This document shows positions 52,629-64,000 of a DNA stretch of 64,000 bases, piece after piece; the first letter of the stretch is position 1, and every line of letters starts with the position of its first letter. The notes under the pieces were generated by a model. The model was not told where the DNA came from, ran no database searches, and was given only the letters and a program-made list of their open reading frames with translations. Origin of the DNA: Callorhinchus milii (Eukaryota); NCBI RefSeq assembly GCF_018977255.1, contig NW_024704743.1, positions 36,706,001-36,770,000 on the forward strand. The letters run 5' to 3'. Position numbers and translations under genes: made by a program.

Positions 52629-53939
52629 CCATCTTCTTCCACCACTGACTCACTACTTGTCTTACCTCACCTCCACTGTTGCTAAAACCCTTATTCGCAG
52701 TGAGGATAGATTCTTCCAACATAGACATTGCCAGCCTCCCAGTGCAACCTTCCAGAAGTTTCAACTTATACCATACTTATATCCAGTAGCTCGGCCTATT
52801 CAATTTAAAGATCCTTAGGCTGATCTTCAAATTGCAACCTACCTAACGCAGTATTCTCTGGAACTACATTCCAGCCGCCTACTCAAGCGACTTGGGATGT
52901 CCTCCCGATGTGAAAGGCACTATACCAATGTAATTTGTTGTTTTACTTCTAACCCTGGTCTATTGATTGCTCCCATCGATTTCACTTCACCATCAGTGGC
53001 TGAGCTTTCAGCTATTATGTCCTGTTCTATGGAATTATCTTCCAAAACCATTTTGATTTACGTCCTCTCTCTCCTTATCTTTCAAAAACCTCCTCAAACA
53101 TCTATCTTTGACTGTACCTTTGGACAACATTTTATAAACTTGCTTCCCTGATCAGAGTCCACCAGAGCGTTTGTCAAGTACTTTGAGATGTTCTTTTATG
53201 TGGAAGACGTATTTAATGCAAGTCACAATTTTTAGTGTGGTGGTAGTGGACCATAATTTTTGATTGAATACTGACCCTGTCTGGGAAGGGGATGAAGAAT
53301 AAATCTGGTTACTCTCATCTCTCTTCAATGACAACAAGGTACCATTGCAGGTTAAGCTTGTGGTATATAAGACGTGTATCCAAACAGTTTTCCTTCATGG
53401 TTCTGAGCTCCTGAGCATGCAGCAGAGGGATTTCCTCCAACCCATTTGCTAAATTGAGGACCAAACAATGAGATTCATTTGTGGTAAAAAAAAGGGGAAG
53501 TGACTACAGGGTGGAAGGGTAGCAGCCTGTTGCTGCGTACCCAGGATGTGAAGGTAGATTCAGCAGAATCATGCAAGGCACATCTATTTACAATATGAGG
53601 AACTGGATTAAGCAGTTGGTGTTGAGTAAGCCTGGTATGTGGCATCGGACTTGGATCTTTAGAACATCAAGATGACTGGCATGTCATTAGCTCTCCTGCG
53701 AAGGTCCTTCCACCATGCTGAAGGCAGCTGTTCATTGAATAGCTGAAGAGGAAACTCTTCGGAGAGGAACCCCCCCTCTCCCCTTCCCCCTGGCTCCACC
53801 CACTCCCCCTGGCTTAGTCCCGGGATCCAAAACTGTAAAGCGCTCTGAGACGCCATCCGGCATGGAGGGCGCTGTGTAAATCCAAGTTGTTGTTGCTGTT
53901 GTTCGGCTTGGGACAAAGTAGTTCCCCACACTGACCATC

Positions 53940-54380
53940 CACCAGACAAGGGCTCAAACCTGTCTGATGTCAAATGACCAACGAGTGAGTGGCTATCCTT
54001 CGAGAGGCGCGGGGGGCTTCTCCTTCAGGCTGAGCTGGCTCCAAGGTAGCATGCTTGGCAATGGAATGTCGGAATTGAGTCATCTTGAGATGTTCTTGGC
54101 AGTCCACTACCTGAGCCAGGTCGCAGTACTCCAGGGCTGGCTTGTTGACAGCATTGGGAGAAGCAGACCAGTGACTGGAAGCAGGGATTATTCCTACTCG
54201 GCTCCTATTAACATTGAAAGCCACAGCCCTAATGGGTAGGGTCGTCCTAGATGGACAAGAAATGGGATGTTTGCCAGATAGTTCTTTCAGCAGCAAACTA
54301 TGCGGTTTTAACAGGTTAAACTCCAGCAGTACCCCAACTCACACTGGGCTTCCCAAGCCTTTGTCTCTTGCCAACCTGCA
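53940..54380 (-). repeat. Unclassified interspersed repeat, copy 3
   Basis: catgcttggcaatggaatgtcggaa and gatgtcaaatgaccaac are reverse complements of the motifs in copies 1 and 2. Confidence 0.7.
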
Positions 54381-54587
54381 CCTAAAGCTTTCTGAAATTT
54401 GGTAAGCAGAGTGCATCCATCCAGGGATAGAGGGCACGTTCCTGTCCAGGCACAGGGAAATTTCCATGCGTAGGTGGCATGCTTTACGAAGAATTCTCAG
54501 TATGGCTTGGATACTCTTTAAGTATGTGATGGGTAACCACATATGTCAGAAACTTGCCGGATCAAAAAATGCCGTTACGTATGAGTT

Positions 54588-55705
54588 ACAACAACAACTT
54601 ACATTTATATAGCGATCCTCACGTAGGGTAGCACCTCAGACCACTTGACAGTGGTGGAGCTCAATGCCGGGGGAAGGTGGGAGGTGGAGGAAGGTCTTCA
54701 GGGGGCAAGGTGGAGGGATAGAAGAAGATTGTTCCAGTGTTTTGGGGTGTAGTGGCTGAAAACGTGGCCACCATTGGTGGAATGGAGGGCATGAGGGACA
54801 AGCAAGAGGCCTGAGCCAGTCGGGCGGAGGCAGCGGGTATTGGTTTGGAAAGTAAGTTGGTCAGAGAGGTAGGGAGGTGCCAGGGCTTGAAGGGATTTGA
54901 AACCCAGTGTGAGGATCTTGAAATCGATCTATCTGTGTTAGGGAGCCAGTGGAGCCTGGCTAGAACTGGTGTGATGGGTGTATGGAGTTTAGTACGCGTA
55001 GTATCCAGGAGGCGGAGTTTTGAATAAACTGGATTTTGTATATAGTGGAGCTTGGGAGACCGGTGAGGAGGGCATTTGAGTAGTCAAGGTGGGAGGTGAC
55101 AAAGACATGGATGAGTATTTCGACTGTGTTTGGGGTAATGTGGAGTCCTGTAGCTCAGTGGTTAAAGCACTCGCCTTGCAAGCGAGACACCTGGGTTCAA
55201 TTCCAGGCAGGTCAGGGCGAAACCTTGGGCAAGTTTCCTTACTCCACACTCCTAATAATAATCCCTCCAAAACAAAACAATAATAAAACAATAAGTCATT
55301 TTCGATCCACGACTGTTTGTGGGACAGTGCTGTGCACAATTGGCTGCCGCGTTTCGCCCACAAATATGCAGTCAATTCACTTTACAGTCTATTCTGTGAA
55401 GCGCTTTGAGACGTCTAGAAGACGTGAAAAGCACTATATCAAATACAAGGATTATTATTATTATGTAGCAGAGGCTGAGGAAGACAGTCCTGGTCAGATG
55501 TGGGGAAGGAAGGACAGCTGTGGGTCGAACCTGACGCCTAGGTTGCGCACCGGTTCAGTGAGTCTGAAGGATAAGCCAGGTAGGTTGAGGAAGTCATACC
55601 TGCAGGACAGAAGACATTGACGGGAGCCAAGAAGCATGGCTTCCATCTTGTCAATGCTTAGCTGGAAAAAGTTTGCACAAATCCAGGCCCTGATGTCTGC
55701 CAGAC
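54588..55705 (-). mobile_element. L2 fragment (type B tail) split by a SINE insertion
   Basis: L2 ORF2 homology on both sides of 55141-55461. Confidence 0.78.
55141..55461 (+). mobile_element. Young tRNA-derived SINE, full length, nested in L2
   Basis: Intact head ctcgc-cttgcaa-gcgag stem-loop, body, tail; possible ATGT TSD. Confidence 0.9.
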
Positions 55706-57257
55706 ATTAGTAGAATTGGAAAAAAAAGTGTTCTGCCCATCTCACGTCACACCTGAAGAGTGTCCTCTTCCACAGTGACCTCTCCTTTCTCCCCGGTTTG
55801 GTGTGAACCTATGCACATTGGTAAGGCTCCACCCTGCATGAAGCGCTCCAAATAATAATGATAATAATAATATGAAGCGCTCTCGATAAACGAAAGTTGT
55901 TGTTAATGTTTTCATAGAATCATAGAATTATACAGCACAGAAGGAGGCCATTCGGCCCATCGTGTCTGCGGGCTCTTTGAAAAGACCTATCCAATTCAAT
56001 CCCACTCCCCCGCTCTCTCCCCATAGCCCTGCAAACTTCTCCTCCCCAAATAATTATCTAATTATTTTTTTCTTCATGAAATCTCCATTATGTGCCACTT
56101 ATTTGAAAGCAAAAATCAGAAATAGAACAGATTTACAGCTCATAGAACTGCTCACACCTTGATTTTAGAGAGTAAACAGGATCTTTGTTTGTACAAACTT
56201 TTCATTTACAAAGAAATTGGTTTCATTTGCTATATAAAATGCTTTATAAATTTGTTGTTGTTTAATTGATCATTTTGAAATATCCCTTTGCTTGAATGTA
56301 GCAGTACTCTTAGACTGGAAATATTAAAAAGTAAACAGCATAAAATAAATGTGAGGAACTACTACAAAAAAAAAGTTCATAAGAGGTCTCACTGCAGTTT
56401 GAATGGAGCATAAATAAATCCAGTGCTTTTGCAAGATTCTTAGACTGTGATGTTCTCCAAGCTGTTGCAAAGTGGAGCTCGTAGGCCATGGGTAGTGCTG
56501 AGGAAATTGTTTATATATTACTGATTCTTCAAGGTCGAGTGAGTTCTTTATTCATAAGTGAACAATGACCGTCTCAGTGTTGGAGGTTGTACATTTTAAT
56601 GAGGGAACTGAACCTACATAGTCAAACAAAAGAAGATGGTGTTTTCAAGTTTAATTATCTTTCATCAGTAGAAACTTTTTTTTTAACAAAAGCTGCCCGG
56701 TGCCTCTTAGACATTGTTGTTTGAAAAGTCTCTGCCTCAATAAATCATCGGTGTACTTTATGGCACACTTGCCTTGCAGGTTCAAACAGAACCTGATCTA
56801 AAATACTTTAAGCTGACTGAAGCTAAGATCCCGCCCCATACGCTCTGCTAAACTAAGCACTGGCGGTAACATCAAAAACATATTCTTGGCTGTAAGGGGT
56901 GGCTTGACAGCTCTGCCCACCCCAAGCTAGAAAAACAGCAGCCAGCACATTCAAAGGCAGCAGGGTAGAGCATTTAACCCTGTTGTCCTGAGTGTTGTTC
57001 CCCTCGAAAGGCAGGTAGAAGATAATGTTAGATTTGGTGGTAATCTAATGAAGTGTGTCTATATTGCAGCAGCAATATAAACACATCATTGTATAAACTT
57101 ACTGAACAGCGTAATACTGTGCTTTTAATTAGTGTAGCAGGTATATTTTGACAAATAAAAATAGAATAAAACTAATCGTTGGCAGTAGAAGTAAATATAG
57201 TCGGGCTGGCTCCGATGTAGTGCTGATAGAGAGCTGCAATGTTGGAAATGCCTTCCT

Positions 57258-58150
57258 TCAACAACAACAACAGAATTATATTTGTATAGCGCCTTTCACA
57301 TCGGGAGGACATCCCAATCCTAAGGCGCTGGACAATCAGTGTTTCGGATCCGAGCTGGGGATCGGGAGGGTGGAGAGCACGGAGAAAACAGAGGAAACAG
57401 ACCGAAAGCAAGGTCAAAGAGGAGGGTCTTGAGATGGGTCTTCAAGGAGGCAAGGGAGGGGGCGAGGGGAGGGACTGAAGGATGGAGTTCCAGAGGGTGG
57501 AGGCAGAGTGGCAGAAGGTCCGCCCGCCAATGGTGGGGCGGGGGGCGTGAAGCAGGCCGGAGCCCGCTGAGCGGAGGGAGCGGGAAGAACAGTACGGCGT
57601 TAGGAGGTAACGGAGGTAGGGGGGAGCGAGGCTATGGAGGATTTTGAAGGTGAGGACCAGGATCTTGAACTGTAACCTCTGTGTGACGGGAAGGCAATGG
57701 AGTCGGGCGAGGTTGGGGTGATAGGGTAACGGAGCCTGGTGCGGAAGGGGATACAGGCTGCAGAGTTCTGGATAACCTGCAGCCTATGGAGGGAGGAGTT
57801 GGGGAGGCCGACAAGCAAGGAGTTTGCATAGTCAAGACTCGATGGTATGAATGTGTGTATGAGGGTTTTAGTGGCCTGCGGTGTGAGACAGTGGCAGGAC
57901 CCGGGCGATGTTGCGGAGGTGGGGGAAGGCAGAGCGAGTCATGGCACCGATGTGGGGTAGAAAAGATAGTTGAGGGTCAAACAAGATGCCAAGGTTCCGG
58001 ACTGGCTTAGAAAATGGAGTGTGCAACCATGGATGGTGATGCTGTCAGCGCCTGAGGTGTGGAGGGCAAGGAAGAAACAAAGCTGGAATGCAACGACTCG
58101 TTCCAGGACCTCGGAGAGGAAAGGGAGGTTGGAGATGGTCGGTAGTTTGA
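57258..58150 (-). mobile_element. L2 fragment with internal deletion
   Basis: LVGLPNSSLHRLQVIQNSAA, type A tail; upstream ISNLPFLSEVLERVVAFQL fused to the C-terminal part. Confidence 0.85.
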
Positions 58151-58572
58151 GATATCAAACCAAGATCACATCTGCCTATTTATAAGGGTGTTAAAGATCC
58201 TATGGCACTATTTTAAAAGAGAAGAGAGTTTCATTCAGTGTCTTGGCTTGTCATTTTGCTGTAGATGGCTTGATGATCTGGAATCTGAGCCAGGCTGTAT
58301 ACAGTGCAATCTTGTTATAAAGTACAACAACCTGCACTTATATAGAGCGCAGGGTAGCATCTCAGAGCAATTACAGTAACACAGTTGGTTTGCTCCCTGC
58401 ATTATACTAAGGAGCAATAATGCGTTTTACTGTGTATGTGCACAAATAACCTACCTTCAGGTCCCTAGAGTGTCACTTCCTCTTTTCTGCGCATGTGTAA
58501 AGCAGCATATGAAGTGATGGGAAACAAGCAGGCCAGCGTGGGTATAGCCCTATGAACAGGAGCAGCAGAGTT

Positions 58573-58805
58573 ATAATTATAATAATAATAATAATTCTTA
58601 TATTTGATATAGTGCTTTTCACGTCTTCTAGATGTCTCAAAGCGCTTCACAGAATAGACTGTAAAGTGAATTGACTGTATATTTGTGGGCAAAATGCGGC
58701 AGCCAATTGCGCACAGCAGTGTCCCACAAACAGTCGTGGATTGAAAATGACCGATTTATTATTGTTTTGGAGGGATTATTATTAGACGTGTGGAGTAAGT
58801 AAACT
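58573..58805 (-). mobile_element. Young SINE 3' part
   Basis: Reverse complement of body and tail. Confidence 0.85.
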
Positions 58806-59968
58806 TAAAGTAAATTATAATGAAATCACGCGAGAATGAAGCACATTATAGCAGGGCTGCATTGAATGTATACAGTATTTCATGGTACTGTTGATGATTT
58901 ATCAGTCTGCCTGCCCATGGGACTTACAACATATTTCTGTGATTATTTTGTGATTCTTCCCAATGCCTTGGGACGTCCTTCCGACATAAAAGGCGTTCCT
59001 ACATAAATCAATTTGTTGTTTGCTGTTGTTCTTGTTACCACTCAGCTCCTGAAACCAAGTCAAATTCCGTCCTTCCTCAACTTTCACACATATTTTTGAA
59101 AGGAGGCAATGGGGAACCATGGCTGATTTTCCCCCTCCCGGGGGACACAAACAATTGTAGTGCCACAACTGGTAATGTGACTAAGCAGCTAATTCAGCAC
59201 AAACTAATAATTGAACCCGGGATTTTCCATTTCTTAATAGCTCAGTTTCACAGTATGTAATGTTTGTGCAGCTGAGCCATCGGAGGGGGTAGGACATGCC
59301 TTTTTTTGTTTGGGTTTGCACCTCCATCATCAGACAGCCTTCTTCTATGTAACATGTCCATTGTTGTTCAGGACTGGCTATTGCCTCAGCAATTCACCCT
59401 ACACTGGTGCATGCCTATCGTTTTCCTCTATGAAAACAAGGGCCAAAAGTGTTCAGAATATGATCTACAAAAAAAACAGATGGCCAGGGTTGAATTGCAG
59501 GCATGTATGAGGGTACCTCATTGTTTTTGGTCTTGAATGTGAAATTGTGTCTTTGTCACTCATACAAATTTCAAATTAAAAGAAACACAGCACCATTAAA
59601 AGCACCTGCAATTCACTACCCAGGTATAAGTGACATACAAGTGTCAGCCTGCTTCTGATTTACAAGGTAGTGGGTTCAAGCCCCAGGTCGGGAATTTGAA
59701 CACACAGTCTAAGATGATACTGGAATATATTGCTGGGGGTGGGTGGGGTGCTGCATTGTTGCAGTGGCCATACTTTGAATGAGACATTAAATGAAGAGCT
59801 TGTCTGCCTGTTCACGTGAACATTAAAAATCTCATGGGACTATTAGAAGACAGCTATATCAAACGCAAAGATTATTGTCATATGTTCTTTCATGTTTTGA
59901 GGTGACATGCTTTTTAGATTGCAAGACTCTTTCTAATTTTGCACTGAACTCATTTACCTGATTTACAG

Positions 59969-60074
59969 GAGCACCAAGACAACGTGCTGGGCAGCGCCAT
60001 GCAAAATGTGGTATCGTTGTTCAACAATCTGATTGCCAGCAAAGACGCCAATATGAAATTATTCTACGAACAAG
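59969..60074 (+). CDS. ULK4: ULK4 internal coding exon (106 nt): EHQDNVLGSAMQNVVSLFNNLIASKDANMKLFYEQ(G)
   Basis: atttacAG acceptor, G|gtatgc donor; resembles recalled ULK4 EHQESILGNTMQSVIALLSNLVACKDSNMELLYEQG. Confidence 0.94.
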
Positions 60075-60511
60075 GTATGCATCGTTTTAGGTGGAAAACT
60101 GTTCTCAGATTAACAAATCCAAATTCAACAGGTCAAACGGCTGATTATTCAGCAAACTTAATCAAATGGTTTACTTTAAAAAATTCATATCATTTTATTA
60201 ACCACCGGAGAATTAAACTATGATCTGACCCAAATTTTACCCTTCTGTGTAATAAATGGAATTATTATTATAATTGTTATCAGCTTTCAGATTCAGAATG
60301 CAGTAGTCAAATGTTTGTGTTTTTGCAATGCTGGATTCATTTAATATTGTAGTGAAATGTGCAACATGACAGCAATCCCTCGTTTACCTCAATCCATTAC
60401 ATTGTTTAGTGTTGTTCTCTGACAAAGAGTTCTTTAAATCACCCTCTTTATATCACACCTCTCAAAGACTGGTACACCAGGTTGATATTTTGACTAGTTG
60501 GCCACTTAATT

Positions 60512-61202
60512 GTGGACTTCAGAGTTCTGCAGACCGTAGGTCAACAGTTACGGTAAAACACATGGAAACTGATTAGGTTAAAGTGTTATGTAAAAGCATG
60601 TTTGCAGAAATATGTCTGAGATTAAAAATAACACAGCAAAACCTGTACAGGTTACCAGGTAAAAATTAAGTACAGTTTCTTCAAAATTGTCCATTACTAC
60701 AGTATTCAAGGTTTAACTTGGGTTTGCGCGATATTAATTTTTTTTAAAATTAGAGTGACAATACAAAGGAATTGTGAATATATTTATAATTGTGTGAATC
60801 ACACACTGGATCACTCTGACACAAAAAGTTTTGTTACAGAAATAATGTATGGCTTAAGAACAAAAGAAATGCCATAGTCTTGTCATCACAGTTTTTGAAC
60901 ATTTTCTTTTTATATTCCATGCATTTCAAATTGAACTGCAACGTAATTGTCTGCAGCAAGGCTTTTAACCAGGGCTGTAAATCGGTAAATCCTTTTATTC
61001 TATGCAAATTCTAAACATGTATTGTTAAGAGTTCAGGAAAGGAACTGTACATTATTTTCACCTGGTAATCTGTATGGGTTTTTCTGCATTATTTTCAATC
61101 TCAGACATATTTCAGTAAACATGTTTTTGCATAACCCTTTAATCTTATCAGTGTTTCCACGTGTTGTACTGTAATCATTTACGTACTGCCCACTGAAATC
61201 CA
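60512..61202. mobile_element. About 690-bp foldback element with roughly 170-bp inverted arms
   Basis: aacacatggaaac...gaaatatgtctgagattaaaaataa...ttaccaggtaaaaat..gtacagtt pairs with aactgtac..attttcacctggtaa...ttattttcaatctcagacatatttc...gtttccacgtgtt. Confidence 0.85.
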
Positions 61203-61223
61203 AGGTCCTTAACTAAATGCCCT

Positions 61224-61895
61224 ACAACAACAACAACAACAAAATTACATTTGTAAAGCGCCTTTCATGTCGGGAGGACGTCCCAAGGCTCTGAACAGTC
61301 AGGGATCAGGACCCAAGCGTGAGGGTGCACGGTTGGGATGAGGGTGGGCAGAGGGGGTAGGAGCGCGGCTGAAGGCATGGTCAAAAAGGAGGGTCTTGAG
61401 TCGTGCCTTGAAGGAGGCAACGGAGGGAGCAAGGCGAAGGGATTGTGGGATGGAGGATGGTAAGGCAGGTCGGGTGGGAGACCTGGAGTCTACTGAGTTG
61501 AGGGAGTTGAGGGAGCAGACAGGTTGATAGGAGATCAGCAGGTCAGAGATGTAGGAGGGGGCAAGGCCGTAGAGGGCCTTCAAAGTGAGGATGAAGATTG
61601 TGAATTCTATCCTCTGAGGGAAGGGGAGCCAGTGGAGCCGAGCGAGGGTGGGGGCGATGGGGTCAAGGAGCCTGGTGTGGGAGAGGACACGAGCTGCAGA
61701 GTTCTGGATGATCTGCAGCTTGTAGAGGGAAGAGTTGGGGAGGCCGACAAGGAGTTTCCGTAGTCGAGCCTTGAGGTGACAAATGTGTGCATGAGGGTTT
61801 TGTCGGCCTGAGGGGTGAGGCAGTGGCGGAATTGGGCAATGTTGCGGAGGTGGGGTAAGGCAGAGCGGGTCATGACACGGATGTGGGGGAGAAAA
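61224..61895 (-). mobile_element. L2 3' fragment
   Basis: LSFLPHIRV...LMHTFVTSRLDYGN; KALYGLAPSYISDLL; (caa)n tail on the plus strand. Confidence 0.9.
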
Positions 61896-62035
61896 GACAA
61901 AGTCAAAATGCTACAAAATCCCTACAAAGTCAAAATACTTTTGGACCCTCCTTACTGTAAGTATTGTCGTGTCTTTGGTCCCTCTAAATGTTCCAACAGG
62001 ATTTTCTTCTTATTCAATAAAAAGACCTTCCCTAT

Positions 62036-62436
62036 CAACAACAACAACAAATTACATTTGTGTAGTGCCTTTCATGTCAGGAGGCCTTTCCCAAGGCGCT
62101 GGACAGTCTGGGATTTGGACCCAAGATGGAGGTTGGGATCATGGGGTGGAGGGCAGGGGGTTAGGGGAAGGACGGTTGCCAAAGACGTGATCGAAAAAGA
62201 GGGTCTTGAGATGTGCCTTGAAAGAGACAAGCGAGGCAGAGGGGACTGTGGGATGGAGTTCCAAGGTGGGGGCAGGGAAGCTGAAGACCCGACCGCCGAT
62301 GGTGGGACGGACTGGGCGGGGGACATGGAGCAGGCTGGAGCCTGCTGAGCTGAGGGAGCGGACAGGCTGATACGGAAGTTAGCAGGTCACAGAAGTAGAA
62401 AGGAGCAAGGCCGTGGAGGGCTTTAAAGGTGAGGAC
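62036..62436 (-). mobile_element. L2 3' fragment
   Basis: Homologous to 61224-61600. Confidence 0.85.
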
Positions 62437-62852
62437 AATCCCCCAAATACAACAACAGGATTACATTTGATAGCGCCTTTCACGTCGAGAGAACGTCCCA
62501 AGGCACTGGACAGTGTAAATAGAATTGGTCTTTCACTTTGTGGCTATTTGTGGGACATTGATGTGTGCAAATATAGCTTTTAAGATACACTACTTTATAG
62601 TATGTCATGTGAAGCCCTTTGAGATGACTTCCCAGCATGAAATGCACTCTTATCAAATGTAAGGATTTTTTTATTGTTATTTTCAACACAATTGAATACA
62701 TTGACTCAATTGATTCAATCTGATATACGGTTGCATTTGTGCTGGAAATTAACAGGACATTCAGCATTGTGTTCACTACTGATTACTACCAAGTGACTAA
62801 TTCTGGAAAGCACATGCATGTTGGATATTAAGTGAAGACAGGATTGAACTTA

Positions 62853-62950
62853 AACAGAGAGAGCTGGGAAAACTCAGCAAATCAGGCAGCATCTATGGAG
62901 AAAGGAAAGTGAGTCAACACTTCAGCTCCACGACCCTTTGCCAGAACTGG
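62853..62950 (-). mobile_element. Inverted Penelope pLTR piece with degenerate hammerhead
   Basis: Minus strand agttctggcaaagggtcgtggagctgaagtgttgactcactttcc...tgctgagttttcccagctctctctgtt, the same family as 1322-1452. Confidence 0.78.
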
Positions 62951-62999
62951 GACATGTTGAGAGGGAGAGGCTTTTAAGGTCCACGCTGGACGTGCAAAA

Positions 63000-63588
63000 C
63001 TCACCAACTCCCATAGACCACACCTCCTCCCACCCCACCTCCTGTAAAGGCTCCATTCCCATTTCCCAGTTCCTCCGCCTCTGCCACATCTGCTCTAACA
63101 ATGCCCCCTCTCACACCAGAGCAACTGAAATGTCCTCCTTTATCTTTGACCAAGGATTCCCATCCACTGTGGTAGGCAGGGTCCTTGACCATGTCCGCCC
63201 TATTTCCCGCACCTCTGCCCTCACCCCTTTCCCCTCTTCCCAGAACCCTAATAGCATTCCCCTAGTCCTCACCTTCCACCCCACCAGCCTCAACAACCAA
63301 CAATTAATTCTCCGCCATTTCCGGCACCTCCAGCGTGATCCAACCACCAAACATAACTTTCCCTCCCCGCCCTTTTCAGCATTCCAAAGGGACCGTGAAT
63401 CCCTGGTTCATTCCTCCATCACCACCAACAGTTGCACTGCTCCAACCAGCACCTTCCTATGCCAGCTCAGGAGATGCAATACCTGCCCTTTCTCCTCCTC
63501 CAATACCACTGTCTAGGGCCCCAAACACAGTTTTCAAGTGAGACAGCGATTTACGTGCACTACCACCAAAGTAGTATACTGTCTTGTA
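63000..63588 (+). mobile_element. Penelope-like element ORF remnant (RT thumb, Cys linker, start of GIY-YIG)
   Basis: SSHPTSCKGSIPISQFLRLCHICS...IPLVLTFHP...FLCQLRRCNTC...RQRFTCTTTKVVYC, with one internal stop. Confidence 0.85.
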
Positions 63589-63589
63589 C

Positions 63590-64000
63590 AGAATACCATC
63601 TTGTGCAGCGTTCCTCAGGGCTCTGTCCTTGGTACCCTCCTCTTCAATATCTGTCATCACTCCTATCCTTCTCTGCTGAAAACATTTCTTTTCGACTGCA
63701 TCTTTGGTCACCTTCCCACCCCTCCCCCTGGCTCGGTCCCAGGATCCTAAACTGTAAAGCACTCTGAGACGCCGTCCAGCGTGGAGGGCACTATATAAAT
63801 CCAAGTTGTTGTTGTTGTACTCCCTAACTATTACCCCATCTCCAACCACCCCTTCCTCTCCAAGGTCCTGGAACGAGTTGTTGCTTCTCAGGTTCACTCC
63901 TTCCTACTCCCGCCACTTCCTTCTCGAACCCCTCCAATCAGGTTTCCGTGCCGCCCACAGCACAGAAACAGCCCTGGTCAAAGTGATAAATGACATTCTG
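63590..64000 (+). mobile_element. Two abutting L2 pieces
   Basis: VPQGSVLGTLLFNI fused to a 3' UTR with type B tail (ends about 63817); then YPISNHPFLSKVLERVV...QSGFRAAHSTETALVKVINDIL running off the window. Confidence 0.85.

Noticed and set aside
55141..55220. tRNA-Ala(TGC)-like cloverleaf (also at 452, 52309 and others)
   Set aside because: Continues into SINE body and tail, and the anticodon loop varies among copies; it is a SINE head, not a tRNA gene

Overview
Eukaryotic, repeat-rich vertebrate DNA, most likely from a cartilaginous fish (the repeat complement resembles a holocephalan/elephant-shark genome; this is inference). The window lies inside a + strand ULK4 gene. Five short coding exons (13049-13100, 13213-13357, 19576-19668, 36562-36610, 59969-60074) have GT-AG boundaries and matching phases. 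They splice to a 148-aa segment of the C-terminal helical (HEAT/ARM-like) region: VVDCILPALVSLVLSQN-VEWRIFTLRLLAET...LLP-HYDQILMEPDPVPVYALKLLVSLTELSPAFI-RLIEESQLVTTLFQVIL-EHQDNVLGSAMQNVVSLFNNLIASKDANMKLFYEQG. The introns contain: many L2-clade LINE fragments with two distinct 3' hairpin tails; a young tRNA-derived SINE and an older Deu-domain-type SINE sharing the L2-like tail; CR1 and Tx1 fragments; a Penelope-like element remnant plus several short pLTR pieces carrying minimal hammerhead-ribozyme motifs, one arranged as a head-to-head palindrome; a 798-bp solo LTR with a 4-bp TSD; several MITE/foldback elements; an unclassified three-copy repeat; a 16-bp G-rich minisatellite; and candidate conserved non-coding elements. 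Most ORFs in the supplied track are repeat-derived or spurious. All family names come from visual recognition, without database searches.
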